From Candidatus Pacearchaeota archaeon (GTDB taxonomy: Archaea > Nanobdellota > Nanobdellia > Pacearchaeales > GW2011-AR1), in the NCBI GenBank assembly GCA_041649755.1, contig JBAZMK010000004.1, forward strand, positions 19,766 to 83,765: a stretch of 64,000 bases of DNA, given 5' to 3'. How positions within the stretch are numbered: the stretch's first letter is position 1; every line of letters begins with the position of its first letter. A program made the position numbers and the translations under genes. This document shows, in pieces, positions 25,983 to 35,315 of this stretch. The notes under the pieces are model-generated. The model saw only the letters and a list, made by a program, of their open reading frames with translations, did no database searches and was not told the DNA's origin.

Positions 25983-28618
25983 ATAAAAAGAGTATGATAA
26001 AAGTAGGGGTAATTACTTTGTTATTTTTTATTTTTACTTTGGGGATTTTCTTTGCTTTTTTTTCTTCTGCGCAAGACTATCAGAAAGATTATTTTGTAGG
26101 GGAAACTTTAAAGTTAGATTTGGACAATTCAAATGTTCGCATTGTGACACCAAGTAGAGATTATGTTGAAAAGGCAGATGGGCTTTTTTTTCTTTACTTG
26201 GGTGAAGAAGGGGATTATAGAGTTGAAGTAAAAAACAATAAAGGGACTTCTGTTTATGATTTCCATGTTTTTGAAAAAGAGAATCAGCCTATAGGGGATA
26301 ATTTTTCCTCAGATGAAGAGGAGGGGTTATTTTCAGAAGATGATGAAACTGAGGGGTTTAATATCGAGCCTTTTATTGAATTAGGTAAACCTGTTAAAAA
26401 TTCAATTTTAGTAAAGACTAATTCTTCTAATAAGGAAATCCTCTTGCCAAAAAATTATGAGAATTTAAGTGTTATCGGGAGTTCTAATTATTCTTTGAAA
26501 AAGCCTTTTTATGATTTTCTTGGAGTTTTTGATGGGGGAGAAACTTTGGTTGTTGAGGATTTGGAAGAAGAGGTAGAAGTTGTTTATTATACTCCTGGAC
26601 CGGAGAAATCTGAAAGAATCATTTCTGATATAAAAAAAGAAGTGGTTGTTTATTCTGAAACTCCTTATGAGAATGTTCTGGCTTCCACTACCCTTGATAG
26701 AGAAATTAGTTCGGATGAAAATTTAAAGGTTTATTGGAAAGAAGAAGGCAAGTATTTAGATTTTAATTTAAATGACTTAGATGGTAATGGTCTTTATGAA
26801 AATGTGGAGTGGGTCGTTCCGCATTTGTCTACACAGACTTTTGAAATAATAATTGAGATTTCCTTTGCTGAGCATCTTGATAGTCAGAGAAATTTTATAG
26901 AAGATATTTACGAATCTGTTTATGTTCTTGACGATATTTGGAGTTCAGAAATTTCTGATAATGAGTATGTAAGAGTGAAGTTTGAAGAGAATTTAACAAA
27001 TCAGAATGATATAACAATTTATCCAGAGGTTATCTTTGGGAATCCTAAAATAGAAGTCTACGAAATTAATGGTGTGGAAAAAATTGCTGAGTTTAGCGAG
27101 ATTAAATCTGGCGAGTACAATAAAGTTTACTTAACAGGGCTATTAGGGGAGCAAGACACTTTTGATTTAAAAGTTGTCGGAGGGAGTTTGGAGTTTGACC
27201 ATATAATAGATCCTTATTCACATAATAATGATTATGCCGAGTCTATTGGTCAGTCGACGACAACCTCCACTTCTTATCAGGATAAAACTACCCTTACATT
27301 TACACCTGAACCGAATTCCACTTATCTTATTTTAGCTTCGTGGTTAGTTCAGGAAAGCAGTGCTTCTTATTCTGTTTATTCTAAACTAACAAGAACAACA
27401 GGTGTTGTGAAAGATTTTAATGAATTGATTTATATGCCGAAGGATACGACAGATTATATAAGTGGGGGGGCTATAGGGATAGATACTTTTGGCTCTTCGC
27501 CTGGGAGCCAGACTTACAAGATACAATATAGGTCAAGTAGCTCTTCTGGTACGGCAAGGATAAAAGAAGCAAAGATATTTGCGATTAGATTGTCTGATGA
27601 GGATTATTATAATGAATCTGAAGGAAGGGATACGACCACTTCTACTTCTTTTGTGGATAAAAATCCGTTGACATTTACCCCAGATTCGGCAGGAGATTAT
27701 ATTATTATTGCGTCTGCAACTGGAGATGGTTCTGGAACTAACAGAGACTTTAGTATTCAACTTGAAATAGACGGAACGGGCTATAGTACTTCTAATCTTG
27801 AGCCTGTAAATGCTGCTAATAGGTATATGTGGGCAACAATTAAGAGGGTTAGTTTGGATTCTTCTTCACATACTATTAAGATTAAATATTTTGCCGAGAG
27901 CCCTTCTACTGCAGGGATTGCAGATGCGAGAGTAGTTGCTTTAAGAGCAGATGATTTCAGAAATAATTATTATGCAGAGACAGAAGCAAGAGCAACGACT
28001 ACTTCTACAACCTATCAGAACAGAGTAACTTTAACTCAGACCCCTCAAGCATCCGATTATTTGGTTATTGCAAGTTCGGGGATTGATGGGGTGGATACAG
28101 GTTCTTCAGCTTATACTCAATTAGTAAAATCTGGGACAACTTATGGAGAAATGCTGACTGAGACTAAAGATACCTCAAATAGAGGTTATCCTTACTTTAC
28201 AATCAAAAAAGAATCTTTATCAGAGGTTTCAACAAGGTGGGATTTGCAGTATCGGGCGGAAAGTTCTTATTATTCAGCAGGGATTCAGGATGCAAGAATC
28301 TCTGTTTTGGATTTAGCAAGACAGAGAAATTCCTTACCTACACACACTACTCCTATTCTTAATTCCTCCCTTGGGATGAATGTGACCAGTGAGAATTTAA
28401 CTATTTATAATCAATCTACTTATGATTCTGATGGGGATAATGTTAAAAATATTTTTAACTGGTATTTAAATTCAAGCAGTTTTGAGGTTTTGAATCTCCC
28501 TTTTGAAGGAGGGAGTAATTTTACATGGACGAAAGATTATTCGGGTTTAGAAAATGATGGGACTGTTTCGGGAGCAGTTTGGAATGAGAGTTATGGGTAT
28601 GATGGGAGGGGGGTTTAG
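25967..28618 (+). CDS. Large secreted/surface protein with three tandem about 120-aa modules; ends abruptly at the start of a LamG-like segment
   Basis: N-terminal TM/signal (VITLLFFIFTLGIFFAFFSSA). Three modules each start E[ST].G/A..TTTSTS[YF]..K..LTFTP....Y.I.AS. The C-terminus DYSGLENDGTVSGAVWNESYGYDGRGV resembles the beginning of concanavalin/LamG-type domains and stops right after a G6 tract. Confidence 0.7.
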   Translation: MAGHLNKKSMIKVGVITLLFFIFTLGIFFAFFSSAQDYQKDYFVGETLKLDLDNSNVRIVTPSRDYVEKADGLFFLYLGEEGDYRVEVKNNKGTSVYDFHVFEKENQPIGDNFSSDEEEGLFSEDDETEGFNIEPFIELGKPVKNSILVKTNSSNKEILLPKNYENLSVIGSSNYSLKKPFYDFLGVFDGGETLVVEDLEEEVEVVYYTPGPEKSERIISDIKKEVVVYSETPYENVLASTTLDREISSDENLKVYWKEEGKYLDFNLNDLDGNGLYENVEWVVPHLSTQTFEIIIEISFAEHLDSQRNFIEDIYESVYVLDDIWSSEISDNEYVRVKFEENLTNQNDITIYPEVIFGNPKIEVYEINGVEKIAEFSEIKSGEYNKVYLTGLLGEQDTFDLKVVGGSLEFDHIIDPYSHNNDYAESIGQSTTTSTSYQDKTTLTFTPEPNSTYLILASWLVQESSASYSVYSKLTRTTGVVKDFNELIYMPKDTTDYISGGAIGIDTFGSSPGSQTYKIQYRSSSSSGTARIKEAKIFAIRLSDEDYYNESEGRDTTTSTSFVDKNPLTFTPDSAGDYIIIASATGDGSGTNRDFSIQLEIDGTGYSTSNLEPVNAANRYMWATIKRVSLDSSSHTIKIKYFAESPSTAGIADARVVALRADDFRNNYYAETEARATTTSTTYQNRVTLTQTPQASDYLVIASSGIDGVDTGSSAYTQLVKSGTTYGEMLTETKDTSNRGYPYFTIKKESLSEVSTRWDLQYRAESSYYSAGIQDARISVLDLARQRNSLPTHTTPILNSSLGMNVTSENLTIYNQSTYDSDGDNVKNIFNWYLNSSSFEVLNLPFEGGSNFTWTKDYSGLENDGTVSGAVWNESYGYDGRGV

Positions 28619-29835
28619 TTTATTATGAAAATAATCCTTTAGATAATACTTCTTGTAATATTAATTATGATAATAAATTCTGTTGTGATTTGGAGGAGCT
28701 TAGTGCAGGTTTTGTAAAAGATCAGAAGGTTGTTGCGGAAGTATTAGACTTTGATGCAGGTTTTGTGTCCGAGCCGGTGAGCTTAGTTACTTCGGAAGAT
28801 GGTTTTTTTGTTTTTCCAGAGATTACAATAAAAGAAGCTGTAACTTTTCATAATGAGTGTGAAAAATTGTTAGTGAATCGTTCCGAACTTTTTTTAAATA
28901 TCTCTACGGAAGATGGCTATGATAATATAAAATATTCCGTCAACTCCGGAGACGGCTTCTTTGAAGTGGTAGTATGTGAAGAGTGTAATAGTGCGGTTTT
29001 TTTAATTAATCTTTTTAAAGGAGAGAATAATATTACAATAACAGCCTATGGTGACAGAGAGGTTTCAAAGAATTTTTCAGTTTATTCTTTAGACTATTTA
29101 GAAATTAAAAGAGATATAAGTTGTATGGGTTGTTCTCAGAGAAGAGGAACTTTCCTGATTCCTCCTTCAAGGGAGATTCTCGTCAAAATAACTATTAATT
29201 CTTCTCATGAAGTTTCAGGGATTCTTGAAGAATATTTTCCTGTTGAATTTGAATCAGGAGATTCTTTAGATTTTAATTCTTATAGTCTTACTCATAATTA
29301 TATTAGTAATTATTTTTCAGGAAAGGAGTTTGAATTTTCTTACGAACTCAAATCTCCTAGAGTTTTTTTCCCAAGAGTGTATCTTTTCAGCTCTAAGTTT
29401 TATAATATTGAGGTTTTGGATAATGTCCGAGTTTCAAGGTTTTTCTTTTTGCCAGGTTTTTTTTATTTTAAGAATTTGGAAAAAGAAAATCCTTTTATGA
29501 AGAGATTCAGGGTCGGGAGTACTCATCCTTTGGTTATAAAATCTAATGATTCTATTTTAGAATTGGTTGCAGTTTATCCAAAAGGTGAAAAGGAAGTTAA
29601 AGCTTCTCTTGATGAGAGACAGGATAAAGAGAGCCGTATCTTTGAAATTGTTTCTTCACTTCAAGATTTTGAAATTGATAAAATTTATCTTAGATTTAAA
29701 GTTAGAAAAAATCAAAATGTTCTTCTTTTTTCTGAACGGGAAAAGATTCCTGTTAAGAAGTATAATGAAGATAGGAATAATGATTATTATGAGGCCTGGA
29801 TAAAGGGTAAAAATTTTGAGTTTTTAATAGGATAA
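28603..29835 (+). CDS. Probable C-terminal continuation of the surface protein (other reading frame)
   Basis: The frame is open from 28603 (after TGA 28600-28602). The ORF track begins it at TTG 28690; there is no ATG or RBS-like start. A 1-nt change in the G6 run 28608-28613 fuses it to 25967-28618. Confidence 0.5.
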   Translation, partial: WEGGLVYYENNPLDNTSCNINYDNKFCCDLEELSAGFVKDQKVVAEVLDFDAGFVSEPVSLVTSEDGFFVFPEITIKEAVTFHNECEKLLVNRSELFLNISTEDGYDNIKYSVNSGDGFFEVVVCEECNSAVFLINLFKGENNITITAYGDREVSKNFSVYSLDYLEIKRDISCMGCSQRRGTFLIPPSREILVKITINSSHEVSGILEEYFPVEFESGDSLDFNSYSLTHNYISNYFSGKEFEFSYELKSPRVFFPRVYLFSSKFYNIEVLDNVRVSRFFFLPGFFYFKNLEKENPFMKRFRVGSTHPLVIKSNDSILELVAVYPKGEKEVKASLDERQDKESRIFEIVSSLQDFEIDKIYLRFKVRKNQNVLLFSEREKIPVKKYNEDRNNDYYEAWIKGKNFEFLIG

Positions 29836-29866
29836 ATTATTTAAATAGATTTTTCTTGAACGAAGA

Positions 29867-31552
29867 ATGATTAAGCAATACTTTTTTGATTTTAATAAGC
29901 TTAAGATTGCTTATTTTAGTATGGAAATAGGGGTTGAGTCTAAAATTCCTACTTATTCAGGAGGACTCGGTGTTCTGGCGGGAGATATGCTTAGGAGTTC
30001 TGCAGACCTGAATCTTCCAGTTATTGGCGTTACACTTTTGTATAAAAAAGGATATTTTAAACAAAAAATTGATTCTGGAGGGAATCAGCTTGAAGAGATT
30101 GAAACTTGGTCGCCAGAAAATTATCTTATAAAACTACCCAATAGGGTTTCTGTTAGTCTCAATGGGAGAGATGTTTTTGTTGATTGTTGGCTTTATGAGA
30201 TTAAGGGGATAAAAGGGACGGTGAATCCGATTATTTTTCTTGATACTGACTTGAATGAAAATGAAGAACAGGACAGAGAGATTACAAAGAAACTCTATGG
30301 TGAAGGAGAAGATTACCGTATCTTACAAGAAGCAGTCTTAGGAATTGGAGGGTTTAGGATGGTTGAAAACTTAGGATGTTCAATTGAAAAATATCATATG
30401 AATGAGGGTCATTCTGCCTTTTTAACTTTGGAGATTTACAAAAAATCTTCAGGGGATAAATTAGAGGAGACCAGAAAGAGATGTGTTTTTACAACCCATA
30501 CACCGGTTCCCGCAGGTCACGATGAGTTTAGTAAAGATATTGTTGAGAGAGTACTTCAGAATAATATCCCAAGTGAAATAAAAGAACAAATCTTTTTTGA
30601 TGATAAATTGAATATGACCTATTTGGGACTAAAGTTTAGTGGGCATATTAACGGGGTTGCAAAGAAACATGAAGAGATTTCTAAGAAGATGTTTCCTGAT
30701 TACCACATAGAATCTATTACTAACGGGGTTCATTCAGTTTTTTGGACATCTGAATATTTTGCCAGTTTGTTTGATAAGTATATCCCTAATTGGAGAGAGG
30801 ACTCTTTTAATCTTAGATATGTTATGAGTGTTCCTAAGGAGAAAATTTGGGTGGCACATATAAAATCAAAGAAGAAGATGATAGATTGGATTAATAAGAA
30901 ATACTCTCTGCAAATGGATACTAAGACTTTTACTATAGGTTTTGCGAGAAGAGCGACGGGTTATAAGAGGTGGGAACTGCTTTTGTCAGATTTGAACAGA
31001 TTAAAGGAGATTGCGGGGAAGTTTGAAGGAATCCAGATAGTTTATGCAGGGAAGGCACACCCTAGAGATACGGAGGGTAAAGAGGTGATAAAAAGGATTC
31101 TTCAGAAGTCGAGAGATCTTGGGGCGAAGATTAAATTTTGTTTTATAGAAAATTATAATATTGATGTTGCTAAGAAACTTGTTTGTGGAGTTGATTTATG
31201 GTTGAATACTCCTCTTAGACCGAAAGAGGCTTCAGGAACATCTGGTATGAAGGCAGCACACAACGGTGTTCCTCAGTTTTCTGTTTTGGACGGGTGGTGG
31301 CTCGAGGGTCATATAGAAAATGTAACAGGGTGGTCTATTGGACCCAATCCTGATGACGAGCAACAAGCAGACCTAGATAAGAAAGAACTTGAGGACCTTT
31401 ATTCAAAACTGGAGTATGTGATACTCCCCACTTATTATGAGTCCCGTGACGATTGGATTGGGATAATGAGGCACACAATTTCTATTAATGCTTCTTTTTT
31501 TAATACTGATAGAATGGTTCAGCAATATGTTTCAAATGCCTATTTTAAATAA
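29867..31552 (+). CDS. Alpha-glucan (glycogen/maltodextrin) phosphorylase, short archaeal-type GT35
   Basis: FSMEIG.....PTYSGGLGVLAGD.LRS.ADL..P..GV.LLY..GYF at the N-terminus; PLP-lysine motif EASGTSGMKAA.NG. Confidence 0.9.
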   Translation: MIKQYFFDFNKLKIAYFSMEIGVESKIPTYSGGLGVLAGDMLRSSADLNLPVIGVTLLYKKGYFKQKIDSGGNQLEEIETWSPENYLIKLPNRVSVSLNGRDVFVDCWLYEIKGIKGTVNPIIFLDTDLNENEEQDREITKKLYGEGEDYRILQEAVLGIGGFRMVENLGCSIEKYHMNEGHSAFLTLEIYKKSSGDKLEETRKRCVFTTHTPVPAGHDEFSKDIVERVLQNNIPSEIKEQIFFDDKLNMTYLGLKFSGHINGVAKKHEEISKKMFPDYHIESITNGVHSVFWTSEYFASLFDKYIPNWREDSFNLRYVMSVPKEKIWVAHIKSKKKMIDWINKKYSLQMDTKTFTIGFARRATGYKRWELLLSDLNRLKEIAGKFEGIQIVYAGKAHPRDTEGKEVIKRILQKSRDLGAKIKFCFIENYNIDVAKKLVCGVDLWLNTPLRPKEASGTSGMKAAHNGVPQFSVLDGWWLEGHIENVTGWSIGPNPDDEQQADLDKKELEDLYSKLEYVILPTYYESRDDWIGIMRHTISINASFFNTDRMVQQYVSNAYFK

Positions 31553-32359
31553 CTAGAACTGTTCTTCATAAAATTTCTGTCTTAAAAGTTCTCTATTGAC
31601 TTTTTCTTTTCCCATTAAATTTTTAAAAACCCAAAATCTTTCAATAAACTTTTTTTCTTCAGGATTCCCCGAAATTGCAGAAGTAAAACGCCTAATTTCC
31701 TTAGATATTGGGCTTTTGCTATTTAAAATAGTGATAGGTTTCTTTTTATAAAGAGATTCTGCCATACATTTATTATCCCAGATTTTAGCCATAACCGGAA
31801 TTTCGGCAATATTTTCTATGTCTTCTAGGCAGTATTCATAATCTGGCGAACGAATCTTATTAACGATAATCCCCATAATAGGTGTTTCCTGTTCTTTTGC
31901 GATTACTGCGGCTTTTAGAGAAGTTTTAAGAGTCATATCGTCTGGGGTTGTTACAATAAAAATTTTATCTGCTGCGGCGACTACAGGCTTTAACTCCTCA
32001 TAATTTGGAGAAGAATCTAGAATTATAAAGTCGTATCTTGACTTAAATTTTCCTAAGACTTTTTTTAATTTGAAAACGTCAATCTCCCCATTATAATAAA
32101 GAGATGAGGGGATTATATCTATTCCGTGGGATTCATAGATTGCGTTGTGGAGAAGAGTGCCTGAAGGCGAAAGAGAGTCCTGAAGAGTAAACTCGTTTGT
32201 TAAATCAAGATAAAGCCCGATATTTGGTGCAGAAAAATTGGCGTCGACGAGAAGAACTTTTTTTCCAAAGTCATTAGCCAGAGAGCTTGCTGTTTCTAGC
32301 GCAATCGTCGTTTTCCCTACACCTCCTTTTATAGAAACAAAGGCTATAACTTCTGCCAT
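31553..32359 (-). CDS. MinD/ParA-family P-loop ATPase (copy b)
   Basis: SIKGGVGKTTIALETA, LVDAN, DFIILDSSP; paralog of 21888-22634. Its stop codon abuts the phosphorylase stop (convergent). Confidence 0.85.
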   Translation of the reverse strand: MAEVIAFVSIKGGVGKTTIALETASSLANDFGKKVLLVDANFSAPNIGLYLDLTNEFTLQDSLSPSGTLLHNAIYESHGIDIIPSSLYYNGEIDVFKLKKVLGKFKSRYDFIILDSSPNYEELKPVVAAADKIFIVTTPDDMTLKTSLKAAVIAKEQETPIMGIIVNKIRSPDYEYCLEDIENIAEIPVMAKIWDNKCMAESLYKKKPITILNSKSPISKEIRRFTSAISGNPEEKKFIERFWVFKNLMGKEKVNRELLRQKFYEEQF

Positions 32360-32406
32360 TTAATCCCCAAGAATTTTTGTATTAGAAAGTTTATAAAATT
32401 ATCCAA

Positions 32407-33864
32407 TTACAAATCGCCAAATTTCTTTTGACCGGAAATTAGGTCTCTTAAAACTTCTTTTAAACTATTTATCTTAATTCTTTTTTGTTCGCAATTATCT
32501 CTATTTCTAACTGTGACATCTTGATTTTTTATAGATTCCCCATCAATAGTTATGCAGAAGGGGGTGCCAATTTCGTCATTTCTTGCATATCTTCTGCCGA
32601 TAGAACCTGAGTCATCATAGGATACATAAGAATCTTTTTTTAACTCCTCATAAACTTCTCTGGAAATATTTACTAAATTTTCGTCTTTTTTTACTAAAGG
32701 GAGGACCGCTGCTTTAATTGGAGAGAGTGTAGGACTAAGTTTAAGCACGATTTCACCTTTGTCATTGTTGGAATAAGCGTCAAACAAGAAAACTAAAAAT
32801 GCTCTTTCAACTCCCAAAGAGGGTTCTGCTACAACCATTGGAAGGACCTTATTTCCAGATTCTTCATCCATTATTTTTAAGTCTTTTTTTGAGTGTTTCT
32901 CGTGTTGTGTCAGGTCAAATATACCTCTGTCTGCAATACCTTGTAGTTCTTTCCATCCAAAAGGAAAATTGTACTCTATGTCCCAAGTATCTGTTGCATA
33001 ATGAGATTTCTCTTCTTTAGTATGTTGTCTTATTCTGAAGTTTTCTGGATTAGCGCCGAGGCTGAAAAACCAGTTTAACTCTGTGGCAAGCCAGTAAGCA
33101 TGCCATGAAAGGACAATCAAACCCTTCTTTAGAGCTTCTTTAATTTTCATTTTTTTCGGTTCTTTTTTCTTTTCCTGCATTTCAGAAGAGTAGACATAAA
33201 CCTCAAGTTCTTCTAGTTGGGGATTCATAAACGGGCATTCTTTAGTTTTTTTCGGATTTATAAAATACTCAATTTCCATTTGTTCGAATTCTCTGCAACG
33301 AAACAAGAAATTTCTCGGAGCAATCTCATTTCTAAACGATTTCCCTATTTGGGCGATTCCAAAAGGGAGTTTCAGGCGGGCATTCTCCTGAACTAACTTA
33401 AAGTCTGAGAAGATTAGCTGTGCAGTTTCTGGTCTTAGATAGGCGTTAACCGAATCTTCTTTAATTGGACCGACAGAAGTCGTGAACATCGGGTTAAATT
33501 CGCCTTTATATTCTAACCCCCCTCCGCACTTTTCACAATAGGCATTTTCTAATTCGTGTTTGTCTACTTTTGATTTTGTCTTGCACTTTTTGCATACAAC
33601 CGCTAAATCTATGAAGTTGCCTACATGACCCGAAGCTTCCCAGACGGCTGGATTTGTAATAATTGCCCCATCAATTCCAACAATATCTTCTCTCTGATGA
33701 ACATGATAATCCCACCAAGAGTCTTTTATGTTTTTCTTGATTTCTGAACCGAGAGGACCAAAGTCCCAAAAGCCTGCAAGACCCCCGTAAATCTCCCCAG
33801 AAGGATAAACAAAACCCTTTCTTTTGCAAAAATTTGTCATTTCATCAATTGTAATTTTCTTCAT
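32407..33864 (-). CDS. glyS: Glycyl-tRNA synthetase (archaeal/eukaryotic dimeric type)
   Basis: RGF..PS.EIYGG..G..D.GP.G; class II motifs FRNEI.PR, GIG..R; C-terminal anticodon-binding domain. Confidence 0.95.
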   Translation of the reverse strand: MKKITIDEMTNFCKRKGFVYPSGEIYGGLAGFWDFGPLGSEIKKNIKDSWWDYHVHQREDIVGIDGAIITNPAVWEASGHVGNFIDLAVVCKKCKTKSKVDKHELENAYCEKCGGGLEYKGEFNPMFTTSVGPIKEDSVNAYLRPETAQLIFSDFKLVQENARLKLPFGIAQIGKSFRNEIAPRNFLFRCREFEQMEIEYFINPKKTKECPFMNPQLEELEVYVYSSEMQEKKKEPKKMKIKEALKKGLIVLSWHAYWLATELNWFFSLGANPENFRIRQHTKEEKSHYATDTWDIEYNFPFGWKELQGIADRGIFDLTQHEKHSKKDLKIMDEESGNKVLPMVVAEPSLGVERAFLVFLFDAYSNNDKGEIVLKLSPTLSPIKAAVLPLVKKDENLVNISREVYEELKKDSYVSYDDSGSIGRRYARNDEIGTPFCITIDGESIKNQDVTVRNRDNCEQKRIKINSLKEVLRDLISGQKKFGDL

Positions 33865-33949
33865 AGTAAATAAGATGTTAGAGAGTTTATAAAAATATTG
33901 AATCCATAGATATATAAAATAGCAATCCTTATAATTTTTGGAGGTGAAT

Positions 33950-34123
33950 ATGGCTAAATTAACAGCATGGCTAGTAACTATCCTTGGTATTGTACTTTTA
34001 TTAGTTCCATTGGAGATTATAAGTCTAAATGATTTGTGGTTCCAGTGGGTTCTTGCTATCTGCGTACTTGCTATTGGTATAGGAAAACTCGTAAGAAATT
34101 ACACTTATAAAAAGAAAAAGTAA
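33950..34123 (+). CDS. Small two-helix membrane protein
   Basis: GGAGGTGA lies 2 nt upstream of ATG 33950; MAKLTAWLVTILGIVLLLVPL...KKKK. Confidence 0.4.
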   Translation: MAKLTAWLVTILGIVLLLVPLEIISLNDLWFQWVLAICVLAIGIGKLVRNYTYKKKK

Positions 34124-34184
34124 TTTCTGTAAAAAATTTATTTTTTAGTTAAATTTAAAAGAATTCTTTATTTGGGATACTTAG

Positions 34185-34259
34185 GCTCCCGTAACTCAGC
34201 CTGGATAGAGTGCTAGCCTTCTAAGCTAGAAGTCGCAGGTTCAAATCCTGCCGGGAGCG
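34185..34259 (+). tRNA. tRNA-Arg (anticodon TCT)
   Basis: Hand-folded: acceptor GCTCCCG/CGGGAGC, D-arm ACTC-AGCCTGGATA-GAGT, anticodon arm CTAGC-CTTCTAA-GCTAG, T-arm GCAGG-TTCAAAT-CCTGC, discriminator G. Confidence 0.9.
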
Positions 34260-34306
34260 TACTTCTTGATAAATCTTTAAAAACTATTGAATTTTACTTT
34301 TATTGT

Positions 34307-34377
34307 GCAGGTATAGCCAAGCAGTAAGGCAATCGGCTGCAACCCGATGATCCCAGGTGCAATTCCTGGTACCTGCT
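34307..34377 (+). tRNA. tRNA-Cys (anticodon GCA) with non-canonical D- and T-loops
   Basis: Acceptor GCAGGTA/TACCTGC, anticodon arm ATCGG-CTGCAAC-CCGAT, T-arm CCAGG-TGCAATT-CCTGG (G at position 55). The D-loop AAGCAGTAA lacks the GG pair. Confidence 0.8.
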
Positions 34378-34448
34378 TTCAGGCTTTTCAAAAGACTTTG
34401 TTTTGTGCCAGGGCAAATGAATAAAAAGCCATTTTCCGTTTTGTTGAT

Positions 34449-35271
34449 ATGGAATTTAACGTTCGTTTGATTTTTATGGTGATTGGTTTTCTTATAGCTA
34501 TTTTGTTCTTCGAGATTTTGATTAAGAAGCTTAAGGTTACTCTTTTGAAGAAGGCAAGGAACAAGAAACAAATATCTAATATAAAATTTCTTACAAGGGT
34601 TTCTAGTATATTGTTTTTAATTCTTGTTTTCTTTGTCTTATTCTTCGCGTATTTTAAGTCTTGGACCGGTGTGGGGATTTTTGTTGGTTTGATAACTGCG
34701 GGGGCTAGGGTTTGCATTACAGAGACCTATCACTGGCGTTGCGGCTTGGTTAATGATGACGGTGAAGAGACCGTTTAGTATTGGTGACAGGATTATTATT
34801 GGTGATGTTCGGGGGGACGTTTATGATATTACCCTAACACATATTTATTTAGACGAAGTTGGCGCGGGAATATCTTCTGGCGAAGTAACTGGTAGAAATA
34901 TTATGGTTCCAAATTATTTGTTCTTCGAGCAGAATATCATTAATTATACACTGAATCACGATTTTGTTTTGAGCAGTCTTGATGTTTCGATTACTTACGA
35001 GAGCGATTTGGATAAGGCAATCGAGATTATAGAAAGTGTGGCTAATAAACATCTTTCTGAGTTAAAAGAGAAACATAAGGAAGCGCCTTATACTCGGATT
35101 AGTATGGCGGAGAGTTCAATGATTGTAAGCTTGAAGTTTTACGTTCCTGCAAGGCAGATGATGGAATTGAAGAGCAAGGTTACCAAGGAGATTTACGATT
35201 TGATTAAAAAAGAAAAGAAGGTTGAAATTGCCTACCCTCATACTGAAGTAATTTTTAGAAATAAGAAATAG
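34449..35271 (+). pseudogene. MscS-family mechanosensitive channel, reading frame broken at a G5 tract (true pseudogene or homopolymer sequencing error)
   Basis: ORF 34449-34778 supplies the TM helices up to GLITAG. ORF 34753-35271, extended upstream in its own frame, reads GLGFALQRPITGVAAWLMMTVKRPFSIGDRIIIGDVRGDV, which is the MscS signature. Removing one G from 34700-34704 joins them in frame. Confidence 0.75.
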
Positions 35272-35315
35272 TTGGTGTTAGTTAGAAATAAAAACTCCTA
35301 TTTCTACACATTATT

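Noticed and set aside
27240-28330. Diversity-generating retroelement (TR/VR pair) in the triplicated surface-protein modules
   Set aside because: The three modules are strongly diverged at protein level rather than near-identical with adenine-specific differences. No reverse transcriptase gene is present in the window.
34284-34717. ORF-track entries 34284..34571(-) and 34388..34717(-)
   Set aside because: They overlap the tRNA-Cys gene and the N-terminal half of the MscS gene on the opposite strand. Their products are low-complexity K/N-rich sequences, so they are judged spurious.
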